A stretch of 64,000 nucleotides of DNA. It comes from Octopus vulgaris (lineage: Eukaryota). The position numbers and the translations under genes are program-made. The notes below the pieces were generated by a model. The model was not told the DNA's origin. It saw nothing but the letters and a program-made list of their open reading frames with translations, and did no database searches. The stretch lies in NCBI GenBank assembly GCA_951406725.2, contig OX597824.1, forward strand, positions 36,456,001-36,520,000, read 5' to 3'. Shown in pieces: positions 27,201 through 41,393 of the stretch. How positions within the stretch are numbered: the first letter of the stretch is position 1; every line of letters begins with the position of its first letter.

Positions 27201-30200
27201 AATTGTTATTAATAAGGAGGACATGCAGATTAGTTTGAAGAAAAATGTTGCGTACCTTTTTCCAGTTGTCGTACTCTGGCCGCAGCCAAGTTGCATGTGC
27301 CGGAGAATAACTTTCAATAAGATGGCCAATATCTTCTTTGTAAAGAGTTTCAAACATGAAACAGCGTTGTGTACATCCTATACCTGTTTCATTAAACAGC
27401 TCCAATGTGATGTAGTTATCATTTGGATCTAATGTAATAGTCTCGATGTCAGAATACTTAAAGTCATGAATAATAGATTTATCCCGAGAACGAATAAATT
27501 TGATTCCATCCATGTTGACAGCAAGTAAGGAGTCACTGGTGTGTGACCATAATCCTTTATGCACTATTGAGAACAATGTACAGCCATAAAGAGGAAACTG
27601 TTTTACACACGTCAAATACCAGACGTTTGCTTCAATTTCTGACTTTCCCAAACCATAATGCTAGAAAAAAGGGGAAAAAAATGACAACTGAAAAATAGCA
27701 AACTCTATGAACACAAGTAAACTACCTAACAGAATAAATTTCTAGTTTTTGTGGATAATTTAAGGTCTTGAATGGATCATGAATTTAGTGTAACAAGAGC
27801 AGTTTAGTTATTATAAAAAGCTGACAAATAGTTACTTATTTTCCCACATCAGGATTGAAGAAAGCAGATTGAATAGTACATGAGAGAAGTTTCTGTTAGT
27901 CTGATACAAATGTCAAATCTTATGTCAAATAAATACTTATCCTCACAAGTATTGGGATTAAATGTTACAAGTCTTAATTCTTCAGACAACTTAAATGTGA
28001 ATATCATGTCTAGGAAGTTAATGTCTAGGAAGTCCATTATAATACAATAAACTCTGTATGATGGAGAAATGATATAGTATTTATCTAAATGCAAACTTCA
28101 GTTCTATTGTCGTATCATATTGGGTTGGCAACTAAGTTCCTGTTGTTTTTATAAATTTTGGAATGTATAGCCTTTTTAAATTTTGGAATCTTTTTTTTTT
28201 TTTTCCTAGTTAATTTTAGTTAATTTTTGTTTATTTTCAGATCGTTAAAATGGAATGTAAAGTTAAGAAAAATGAGCATTTTCAACACCTTCTTTTTGCT
28301 TTTAATCAAGGTTCTAAGGCTGCAAAAGCTGCTCATGACATTTGTGCTGTGTATGGAGAGGGTGCCATAGCTGAAAGAACCACTCATGATGAATATGCCA
28401 TGTTCAAAAATGGAAATTTCTACCTCAAAGACACACCTCATTCTGGCTGTCCAGTTGAGTTCAATGAAGAGCAATTAAATCAACTTTTGCACAAAAATTC
28501 TCGTCAAACGACAAGGGAACTGGCAAAGAAAATGGAATGCTCCCACACTGCTATAGAGAAGCATCTTCACTCGATAGGAAAGGTTCAGAAGTACAGAGCA
28601 TGGGTTCCACATGCTTTAAGTGACAACAACAAAAATCAACAAGCCACAATCTCTACTGGTTTGCTTGCTTGTCACCGCTCAACTCATGGACACAAGCAAC
28701 GATTTCTTTACCGAATTGTTACTGGCGACGAAAAATTGTGCCTGTACATCAATATGAAGCAGCGTAAGGAATAGCTTAGCCCCAGTAAACAAGCGTGAAA
28801 CAAGATCTTCATCCGCGTAAAACGATGTTGTGCTTATGGTGGGACAGGGAAGGGATTATTCATTTCGAATTGCTTGAACGGAACCAAATGGTCAATGCAG
28901 AACTCTATGTTCAACAGAAGGAATGACTCAACATGGCTATTCAAGAGAAAAGACCTAACGGCAGCATGGAGTTCTTCTGCTGCACAACAACGCCTGCCCT
29001 CATATTGCCAATATGACCAAGGAAGCCATTCAAACGCATGACTGAGAATTGCTACCACACCCGCCGTACTCTCCTGGTTTGGCATAAATGGATTTCCACC
29101 TCTTTTGATCTCTTTCAAATGCTATGCGCAGAGTTTCATTCAATACTGATGCAGAATTGAGAGCTTTGTTGGATCAATTTTTCAAGTCGAAATCAGGTGA
29201 TTTCTACCAACAAGGTATTGAAAATCTTGTTGAACATTGGGAAGAAGTTGTAAACAACAAGGGTGAATACATTATTGATTAATTAGTTGTTATTTTTTTA
29301 TTAAACCTTTTAAAACTAAAAATTTTTAAAAACTACAGGAACTTAGTTGCCAGCTCAATATATTTAGAATTGTGGTCACACGAGAGCTTATCCTTTATAG
29401 GTGCCAGCTGTAAGTTAATGATAATAAATATTGAATTGTTCATGTAGAGAAGACAAATCATGTAAACTCGAGTAGTAATTATGGTCTTATATCATATGAT
29501 ATCTCACTTTGTGAGAAAACTGCACAAAGTTGTGATTTCAAAAGAAAATTGAAAAATGAAATTGTATTGATTAATTTTCTTTTTCTTATCATTTATTCAT
29601 CATTGATGGCCATTTGCTTCACCTTTGGTGTTTTTATTTCAGATTTTTTTTTGTCTTATACAAATCTTACAAAAACCACTGTTTATAAGTGCATACTACA
29701 CATTTGTCTTCGAAACTGTACCAATTTGAAATTTATTTACAGTCTTTTGAAAACATATGTCATCCACTATTATTTTGCTTATGCATTGCAAGACTAATAC
29801 CCTGGTGTAGAACTCAATATATGTAATGTTTCAGAACACTATGATGGTTAAGTATAGAGTGATAATAAGAAAGAGAGATGACAAAGGAATAAATGATTAA
29901 TGAAATTCATAAGATAATCATTTCTTCCTTTGTCATCACTTTGTCTTATCATCCATAAATACAAAGTCAAAAACATTCAAAATTGGTTTGTTATTGATAT
30001 TATTTAGTAGACCCACAACTATGTACTAAATGTACAAGATGTGACCTATTCTGCTATGTCTAAAAATGAAGATTATCAGAAACTAAACATGGCTTACTTC
30101 GTGGGCTTCTGCAATAGAGTTTCCCCAGTCTTTACTCATATCAGCCTCTAATATGCGTTCACACAGGTATTGTTTCGCTTCTCCATAACTAAAAGTAAAA

Positions 30201-33200
30201 GTTTATTATTAGTAAAAAGAAAAAGAATTGAAAAAAATAAACAAACATATAAACATATTTTCAACCTTCTACATACATATATGTATGCAGTTTCGGCTGG
30301 TTACACTCTTCGGCATTTTCTATCCTCAATCAAATTCCAGATTTTCTTGGAAGTTTTGGCCAGCTACACTCGAGTGTAACTGGCCAAAACTACCAAGAAA
30401 ATCTAGAACTCGAGTGAGGATAGAAAACTCCAAATGACCCGTCCTTGTTTTTTGTATTATCTAACTGTCTGGATGTTTTGTTGTCACCTGTTACGTTCTT
30501 GTTCCATTTTTTGTTTTCTTTTTTATATATACATATAGCGGCATACATACACTTTTGTCTCCTATACATACACACACACACACACACATATATTTATTTA
30601 TATATTTAATATATATATATATTATTTCTGTGTCCCTTTCTGTAGAAGAGCGTAGGCTCGAAACGTTAAAGACTTTTCACTTCCTGAGCATTATACTAAT
30701 ACATCTGTTTGTTTTGTACACCACCTGTCTTCGTCTTTTGTTTTTTTCGTAAACTCTCTCTCTATATATATAAATGACTCAATGTCAGCACAAACTAGCT
30801 GGTCTTGACTTCACTTACGTGGAGACTCTAACAACAATTTGGTGTAGTTTGTTACATTTGACCCAAGTTGTAAATTCTGGTACCAAGCACAACTTCTTAG
30901 CTTAACACAATATATATATAGAGAGAGAGGGAGAGACAGAGAGAGAGAAAGGAAGAGAGAGGTGGAGAAAGAGGGAGGAAGGGAGAGAGAAGGATGGAGG
31001 GAGATAGAGAGGGAGGGAGAGAGAGAGATTCAACTTGTTGAGGATACACATGACTACAAATCGCAGAATGACTTATTTTTTTACTTATGTGTGTCTGTGT
31101 TTGTAAAATGTTTAATGTATATGAGTGAGTGTTTGTGTGTGTGTGTGTGTGTGTGTGTTGCTTTGTAAGAAAGTTAAGACATACAATTCGTTTACCAATT
31201 ATGTAGAAAACTGATTTTAAAAATATCAATCATATAGTGCACGTCAATAGCACAGGGCTTGTATTTAATCAGAATTCTATTAGACAGGCACTGGTGTCAT
31301 AGAAGTAGAGATTATTAAAAATAAAAATGAGTAAAGGTAGGAATTATATTACTAAAACATTCACAAAACAGACTGGTACAGTTAGATACGTTTAAAGTTC
31401 ACTACTTGGGACCAGTAGCAAATTGTTCGTCTTTGGCTTTGAGCCAAAGCATATCAAGGGAGATAACTCAAATAGAAAAATAAAATGATGAAAATGTTTA
31501 CCGAAAATCTTTGTTTTCATGGTAATCTCCCCATATCACCTGTGCTTGTAAACCAGCAAGTTGAAGGGCGACTTTCTCTGATACAGAAAATTCATCCAAC
31601 TGAAAAGACAACAAATATATTATTAAGTCTGCATTAACAAAGATCGCATACACATTTGAGAAATATACACGTTTGAAACTGTAAAATGTGTTTTTAAATT
31701 TAGTTTTTAATTGTTGGATCTATTCATTTGATAGATTATTTAGTATTAAAATCTCTGAACCTTATAAGACTTTATAGCTGAAGTATTGTCATGGAATTAT
31801 AAGATGATCTTTTCGGTTTGAACGGCAGTTTTTTAAAATAATTTCCACGTAACTAAACACTTTTAAACTTCGTATACTGGTAGAATGTGTTTATAAAACA
31901 TCTTTTTCTCTTGGCTTTATTGAGAAAATTCTATAGTTTATATGATATTTGTTGTTATTTTTCTTCAATTTCTGCAATTTCAACCAATCACTGATGTCTA
32001 TTGAGGTAAAAAAAACATTCTGTGCCATATGAATATGTCCCTCGTTTAAGAAACAGATTGGGTTTATTATCATTTGTGAAAAAAAAAAAGATACCCTTCT
32101 CCCTACCCCTAACCCTAAAACAGATTGAAATGCAATAGATAGATACTAGGGTCATAATTATGGGTGACAATGTCATATGACACTGCTAGAAAAAACTGCC
32201 GTTCAAACCAAAAGATCCCAAGATTCTTTATCTCACATTATTCTAGTTCACTCAGCTGGCAAAAATGAGTTATACCAGTAATTCAAAGGGACAGCCTTTT
32301 CACATTTTATGTTGTGCTGAATCTCCCTGAGAACTACTTTAAGGATATGCATGTCTGTGTTGTGCTCTGCCACTTAAACGTTAATTTCACTAGCAGGTAG
32401 TTCTGTTAATCAGATGAACTGGAACCCTCGTCATCGTAACCGAGGGAGTGTCAAGCCATTGCTTATCATTCAAGGTGATTGGAGTGGAACATATTAAAGA
32501 CAAGCTTTCATTAATGTTATAAAACATACAATTATAAAGTAGCTAGTGAATACGTACTAACTATTATGAATACCTTGGTCAAGTAGATGGTTTTTACTGA
32601 CATTGATTCCCAGATAAAAAAAATCACTTCTGTAGTTAAAATTCTTTTTTAGGAAGTATGAATATTAGAATTTCACGTTTTTTTTTCTTTTGCCCTACTA
32701 ATCTGGCATTTCAAATTTTTGTAAGTAACTGTAGCCGACAATGGTGCAGCAAAGCTGATTTCTGAACAAACTGCATCTCAGACTAGTGTTGATTCCAAGT
32801 GAGAACAACTTCATTAACATTACTTATGCTTTTAGGAAAATTATGAAATTTGTATGAAATGTGTAAATAAACCAGCAATATTTCAGGGGTACATTTAACA
32901 CTTGCTACATTATCCAGGCATAACAATATTTTCATTATAATGGATAAAGACACAGTGGCTATAACATCACACTAAAGAAAGAGCAACTAACAAAAAAAAA
33001 AAAGCAACAAAATATTACATTCACTAAATGAAAAATAAATGTTATAAAGGAACAAAGAAACAGCTTTAAAACTAAATACTTGCTTTATAGAATCACAATG
33101 AGTTATTAACAATACTGTGTTGCTAACAGATGTAATAGTAACAAGCTATCAACTAGACTGTATCCTCAGTTTAATTGCTAAATTTGTTGGCCCTCTGTCA

Positions 33201-35882
33201 ATATAAGCATCTAACACTTTTCTTTACATTTACTAACAATAATTTTCTGAATTCAACATCCCCAAATAACTTTTTCATAGCTATTTCTTTAGATATTTGT
33301 GTAATAGGAAATATGTAACTCATCATTATATTTTCTAGCACACAAACATGAAACACAAGAGATATTTTTTAATCGTTGTTTTAAGATGAATCAAAAGAAA
33401 TATCAATGAGAAACAAGGTATTATTATAAATCCAAATCCTGAACCTGGATGTATAACAGAACTTACTTCAACCACTTTGTGAACAGCTTCAGCGAAGAGT
33501 AAGTGATATTCTACAGGATCTTTGGGAATATCATGCACATGACGATAGACACGTTTTCGAAACACAAATCGGCAGTCAGAACCATCGAGGACTATCTTGT
33601 TGCCTTTCTTTGATAAAGAATCACTTTTGTTTGGTGTGTTTGTTAAATGCTTTTGCCTGGAAATAGATAGAATAAATGGAAGATATGGAGGGAAAAATAA
33701 ATAACATGCAAAGGAAAAAAAGAATATTCCATCATTCTAACACACTACACTACACACACACACAAGATAAACTAGAAAGTTTGAGAACAGCAATAGAGCC
33801 CAATATTCAATGATTATTATGTCCACTACCATCATTTAACATCCATTTTCCATGCTGGCACAAGTAGGATGGTTTGACAAGAAAAGGCAAGTACAAACAC
33901 TGCACCAAGCTTTGCTGTTTGTTTTGGCTGGTTTCTATGGCTGGACACCCTTCCTAACACAACCACTTTACAGAGTGTACTGGGTGCCTTTTTGGAACCA
34001 GCAGCAGTGAGATCACTAACTAACTTGTAGCACAAGACCCCTCAACTGATAGGAAGTAGTATCGATGGCTAGAAAAGGTGTTTAGCATTAGAAGAGAAAC
34101 ATAGCTGCTTCAGTTAGAGAAAGGAAAATATTTGCAGGTATCTGTACCTAAAGAAGTTAACCAGAATTTTCCTCCAAACATCATGCATATGAACCAAATT
34201 TGGAAGTTTAAAACAAAACAAGAACTCACTGTTCCCATTGGGCCAGGATATCAGCAACATACTCGTAGCCTCGTATGAACCGTTCATGTTCAGCTGTAAC
34301 CTGAGAGAATAGGAAAAAGAATTCAAAATGAAAGATTCATTTAAATATATATCTATTCTATGTAAATCAGAAGAACTGAAGACGGCGATCATTCGGTACA
34401 AGTACCATAACTGCCAAGCCTGTTTGTTTACATTTGAAGAAGAAGATCGTCACTTTCCGTAAAGTTTTTTTTTTATATATGCGGGGTTAGGGATGGGGGA
34501 AAAGAGTTTCTTTTTTCTTCAGAAATGTAAACAAACCCATGTGGGTTTATAATTGGCAGTTATGGTACTTGTACCGAAAGATCGCCCTGAAGACAATTAT
34601 ACACACATATGTAAACATACATTCATGCACATATGCATATGTATGCATATACAAATATATAATGCATACATACACATGCATGTGTATATATAGACACATA
34701 TCTTGGTTCCTACACCCACACATGTACACATGTATGTATTTATATGTGTATACACTTTGTAAAACAAAAAGGGAGAAAATAAACTAACATAAGCCGTAAT
34801 TAGAGAATAATAATTTCCATTGAAAAGCATTACATTATTTTTGATGGATGTTAAAATTCACTATTATCTTCTACTTTGGAAACAAAATGTTATGTAATTT
34901 GTTAATCGCATATTGCCATTAGTTTTAAGTACCAGATTTCTTATATAGAATTTAAAAGTTTTGAAACTTTTATAGCTGCAAGAGAGCACACTTTTATTCC
35001 TTTGATATATTAAGCTATGATCTGTTGGAAGTATCTCAAGGGGCTTTCATTACTTTTATATGCTGGAGCTTGAGCAATAATACTCCAATGCAATTTGAAA
35101 TCACTATTTCTTGATTTTAAATTCCATATTTACTCTGCTAGTGATATCATATTGCTTAAGTTTTCGTCAGTAAATATATGTTTGAGCATGTTATAGCAAC
35201 TGTTAAAGGGGTTCTAAGTAGAACTGATATGATCTATTGTCAGCCTGTGTAATAACATTGCATTTGTAGATTGCATTACTTATAAGGTAATTATCTTCAA
35301 GAGGACATTAAGAGGCTAGTCTACAATTACATGAGTTAATCACAAGAAGTCTAAGAAAGCTTAGTAAACCTTTATTTACTCCTGCTGTTATTCAAATTGT
35401 TTATACTTTTTATACTATTATGTTTTTTCTAATGTTAGCATCCTTAGTATTATTTTTGCCCCTGTTTTTGTTATTATTGTTGTTATAGGAAGCAAGAAAA
35501 CCTGTGACTGAGAAAGGATCTGTGTTACTATTCCAAAAGCTTGGGTTTGTATGAGTAAAGATTATATCATTCTATCCTTTATTCTTTGAATGGTTAGCAT
35601 TACTTTGTCTAGCTTTTTCTATACCTTTACATTTAGGTTGAATATTTAAGGAGGATATGTTACAATTCCACTTTTATTCTCAGGATTACTAACCATAGAC
35701 GGTGCTGATTAACATCACACATCTTTTCATAGGAATCTCTGAACAAGCAAAGACCTAGGAAACTTATCTCACCCAGATTGTATAATTCATCTTTTATCTT
35801 CATTGAAACATGTTTATGATAATGTAACTAAATAATTTATGAACCAACTTTCCAGTTTTATTTTTTCCCTCTCTCTCTTTAT

Positions 35883-35913
<31 letters not shown>

Positions 35914-37878
35914 TGAATTCATCCATACATATGTATAAGTTAAATGTATGTATCTACATATATCTGGCTACTGATTATTTCTCCAAACTCATTTTCATTT
36001 AGAACAGGTGCTGTGCTGATGATGCTTATAGAGGCAGAAACATATTTCAACAGCAACACACTTGTCTCCAGACAATCAGACAATCTTTTTCCTTAATGGT
36101 ATGTCAGTTTTGGACAATCCACCCAACTGGTTTCTATATAGTTTCCATCAACCAAATTTCTTTCACAATGCATGAGTTTAGTTCCAGTTATAGAAAATTA
36201 TATTTATTCAAGATATCATGCAGTGAGATAGAAACTGGGACCTTATGATTGCAATGCCATCTTTTTAGCCATACAGCACCTGCACAGGTTATATAGATAC
36301 TGGGTGAATAGACAGGGAGCTAAATACTGAAGGTAATTTCTGTTGGAAAGATATCAAAGCTAGTCATCTTACTCAAAGTTTGTGTAAAGTGATTCAACCA
36401 ATATTTGTTTCTAAACAAACACAGTTAAGTTGACATTAATTTCAAATACATGTTCTACTCTGTTTCATTATTAAAATTTATCAAAGAAAGAGCCTGAAGC
36501 AATTGTTAACATGTGTTTATACAAGTTATATATATTCCATAAACATAACTGACCTCCTTATCTGATCTCCTCTCTATCTATACATCAAACTTCCATTTCT
36601 CGCTTTCATAGCCACAACAGATTTCTATAAAGTTCCAAGGCTCTTCGCAGAACACTTTATAAACCTCTTATAAAGCATATATTTCACACACATACAACTG
36701 TTTCTCTCACTTTTAATATATGTGTGTATATATATATATATACATATATATATACACATTTTATATGCATGCATACACATGTACATACCCAGATTCAACA
36801 CATACACATGTTCATATATATGAATATGTGTATGTGTTTGTCATGACAGATTGCTAGCCACTACACATTCTTTATTTTCTCTCCTTGTTTCTTTCTGTGG
36901 AAGAGTGTAGGCTCGAAATGTTAAAGACTTTTTCACTTCCCGAGCATTATACTAATACATCTGTTTGTTGTCTATACCACCTGTCTTCGTCTTTTGTTTT
37001 TTTTTTGTGAATTCTCTCCCTATATGAACATATATGTTTACTGTTTCACAAATGGAAAAAAATTGACTCAATACATACTATAAACTATAATAATTTATTT
37101 AGCTGCTGCTACCATACATACACACACCTATACATACATAGACACACACACGCATATATGAAAAAATTAAAAAACTAATACATATTGCTACTGTTTCCTG
37201 CATAATACTCTCAACCATTCTTGTACATATGCACATGTATGTGCACACATGTACATGCATGCAAACACACACACACACATACTCAGAAGTATTCACTTTC
37301 CTACCACCACTTTTGCTAAATACATAGAAAAACAAAAGATTATTTAAACATTTGAAGCAAAAAAAGAAATGCAAAAAAAAAAAAAAAACTCCCCATAAAA
37401 AATCAATATTCAGTTTCTCAGGTTGACTGTTTTTAATGGAGAGCTTGGTCTTTCTCCAATTGAAATTGTTTGAACTACATTGCATCAAATTTACCCCCAA
37501 CTAGAATGACAGATAACGTGCCAAAGATTAGATTTGGAGGAAAACATATTTGAATGCCGACAGAAAATGTGAATAAATGGGGCAAAACTTTTCTTAGGCA
37601 ATAAGATACATAATAATTGGATGCAAGTCATCATGAAATGTTTTTCTTATGATTTAACATCAAGTGAACATTGCTCTCTCTTCCTCCCCCTTTCTCTCTC
37701 TCTCTCTCTGTCTTTCTATCTCTTTCTCTCTCATATATGTATGTGTGTGTGCATGTATATATATGTATGTATACACATATACACACACACACATACATAT
37801 AAACGTACATATACAATATACATATATGTATACATATATATATACATATATATATATATACATACATACATAATATGT

Positions 37879-37920
<42 letters not shown>

Positions 37921-37979
37921 TCACATCTATATATGTATATGTGTATATATATATATATATACACACACACACTCACATC

Positions 37980-38042
<63 letters not shown>

Positions 38043-38579
38043 CATGTAGAGGAATAAGGATTTGGAATCCAGGCAGCTACCTTATTAGCACTCTGATATA
38101 ATTCAACTAAATGCACATAAATGCTACATCAAAGGACATTAGGACATGTATCCATCAGAAACATGTGTTAGATTGGAATTTAATGTGAATTTAATGAGAA
38201 TAATACTGCAATAAACACATTTTGAAGCTGTATAATTCTCCATTCTTCTTTATGACGTTTTGTATATATGTGTGTGTGTGTGTGTGTAATAGCACATCAT
38301 CATTATCGTCATAATATAATGACATAATTCCGTGGGTGTCTGTGTGGAGAGGTGAATGAGAATGAAACAGAAAGAAGAGGGGTGGAAAAAACTGACATGA
38401 ATAACAATATCATTAAACAGCAAAGAACACTTGTAAAACAATTCACACATTGTTATCAAAGAAGACCATGCTATGTGGAGATTTTCTTATGATCTCTTTG
38501 ATTTGTTTGTTTCTGTTCTCTATTTAATCTTCATCTTCCTCCTCACTTCTCCCTCTCTCTCTCTCCACACACACACACA

Positions 38580-38618
<39 letters not shown>

Positions 38619-40172
38619 CAGAGTTACAAAAAAAGCTAAATGAAATAAAAGTAAACAAAAACATGAAAATACCAAATCTATATATCTGGATATGACATTA
38701 TCACCAAGATAAAAAATAACTTTCACTTTTGTGTACATACATACATACGCACACATACATACACACATACACGTATACATACATACACAGAAATACACAC
38801 ACACACATATGCATACACACACACAAATATACAAACACACACACATGTATGTATACACACAAACGCATATATATATATTATATATACATACTTACAAAAA
38901 AACTTGTATACACCCACACTCGCATGCATATAAAAGTACTCAGAATAAAACACAAACAAACAGAAAATATTAATTACATGATCCTACATGAAAAGAGATA
39001 TACTCTTTTACTCTTTCAGTCATTTGACTGCAGCCATGCTGGAGCACCGCCTTTAGTCGAGCAAATCGACTCCAGGACTTATTCTTTGTAAGCCTAGTAC
39101 TTATTCTATTGGTCTATTTTGCTGAACCACTAAGTTATGGGGACGTAAACACACCAGCATCAGTTGTCAAGCGATGTATGGGGGACAAACACATACACAT
39201 ATACACGCATATACATATATACAACGGGCTTCTTTCAGTTTTCTGTCTACCAAATCCATTCACAAGGCTTTGGTCAGCCCGAGGCTATAGTAGAAAACAC
39301 TTGCCCAAGGTGCCATGCAGTAAGACTGAACCTGGAATCATGTAGTTGGTAAGCAAGCTACTTACCACACAGCCACTCCTGCGCCTATGTTGGTAAAATA
39401 TTATCAATTTCACAAAACAGAATTTTTCATGTGATTAGTGAACTTTGGGTCATAAAACTAATTTCAAATTTTTGTACAAGGCCAGCAATTTCAGGGGAGG
39501 GGATAAGTCAATTACATTGATCCCAGATCTAATTATTTTAAGGACCTTGAAAGGATGAAAGGTAAAGCCAACCCTGGTGAAATTTAAACTCAGAACACAA
39601 AGACAGACAAGAGTTGCTAAGCATTTTGCTCCACTTACTAACAATACTGCCAGCTTGCCACCTTACTTTGGGTCATGTTATTAAAGAGAGTATTAAAGAA
39701 GGCGGCGAGCTGGCAGAAACGTTATCATGCCGGGCAAAATGCTTAGCGGTATTTCATCTACCATTACGTTCTGAGTTCAAATTCCACTGAGGTCCACTTT
39801 GCCTTTCATCCTTTCGGAGATCGATAAATTAAGTACCAGTTACACACTGGAGTCGATGTAATTGACTGAATCCCTTTGTCTGTCCTTGTTTGTCTCCTCT
39901 GTGTGTAGCCCCTTGTGGGTAGTAAAGAAATAAGAATACAATAGCTATGACAAGGGCAGGAAAGGATCTGAACTATTTGTAAGGTGGTCCTCCAGCCACA
40001 GCCAAATGACTGAAACAAGTAAAAGAATAAAAACATACATATTGTAATAAACACTACATTCTTATGTTAGGATACATACATACATACATACATGTACACA
40101 CGCACACTCATATATATAAATTAAAAATGGAAACCAAAACAATAAATTAAACAATTAAATAGTTTAATCATA

Positions 40173-40228
<56 letters not shown>

Positions 40229-40390
40229 TACTACTGCTGACTGCAGCGTGTATTGGATGCCAGCCTTGTCACATTCTATGATATGCATGTCTGTGGAGTG
40301 CTCAGCCACTTGCACATTAATTTCATGAGCAGGCTGTTCTGTTGATCAGATCAACTGGAACCCTCATTGTTAGAACCAACAGAGTGCCAA

Positions 40391-40427
<37 letters not shown>

Positions 40428-40883
40428 TTGAAGCACCTTGAATCTAAGTGATTTCCAAATTCCTACTTGTTCAAACAATTGATGTACAAGAGCAGTGTTG
40501 TGTCAAAAGATAAGCAAAGTTATTCATAGACACATTAAAATATGATCAGTCATCAGAAATTGATATGTTGTTACTCCCTTAGATGATAAATCAAACACAT
40601 AGGTGTGTGTGATTGAAATATTTCCATCAATTTCTTTATATTTTTAAAATGCTTTAACTGAGGATGCATAACATAATGGATGCATTTCCTATTATATATT
40701 ACACAAACCTGGAACATATCACTATTCAGTTTGACTTAATTACAACTATATATATCATCATCATCATCATCATCGTTTAACGTCCGATGATGATGATGAT
40801 GATGATATATATAGTTGTAATAATTAAGTCAAACTGAATAGTGATATGTTCCAGGTTTGTGTAATATATAATAGGAAATGCAT

Positions 40884-40919
<36 letters not shown>

Positions 40920-41356
40920 ACATACAATAAGATATTATAATAATATATTGATATATTAAATACATTATAACATATGTGTCTATAGCGACTAAAAACCAAA
41001 AAGATAAACAAAACAAAAACAAAAAAGTGGGTAAACAAAACAAAGAGGTACTCCACACATTTTGTAGAAGGTTAATATAGTATCATTTGAAACAATTTGA
41101 TTCAGCTTCATACATTTTAAAGTTTTGTAGGTTCCTGTGAGGAGCCAACAAAAATTTAAGTTGCATGTAACCAGATCAAACTGTTTTAAATAATAATAAT
41201 AATAATAATAATAATGATAATAATACACACGTACACTCACACATTTTTGTTTTATTGAATCTGATGATTGCAAGTTTGTTTTGCAAATTGAGTTTCATTC
41301 CACTGAGCATTTACTGAGCATTCCTCTCTAATATATTTGACAGAAACCTGTATGTG

Positions 41357-41393
<37 letters not shown>

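Noticed and set aside
26896-27432. 178-aa plus-strand ORF
   Set aside because: Partly antisense to exon 8, no motif, no supporting splice structure
37621-39091. Many [12 protein letters not shown] ORFs
   Set aside because: Translations of dinucleotide microsatellites
41258-41300. CUGAUGA followed by a uugcaa/uugcaa stem
   Set aside because: No GAAA after the stem
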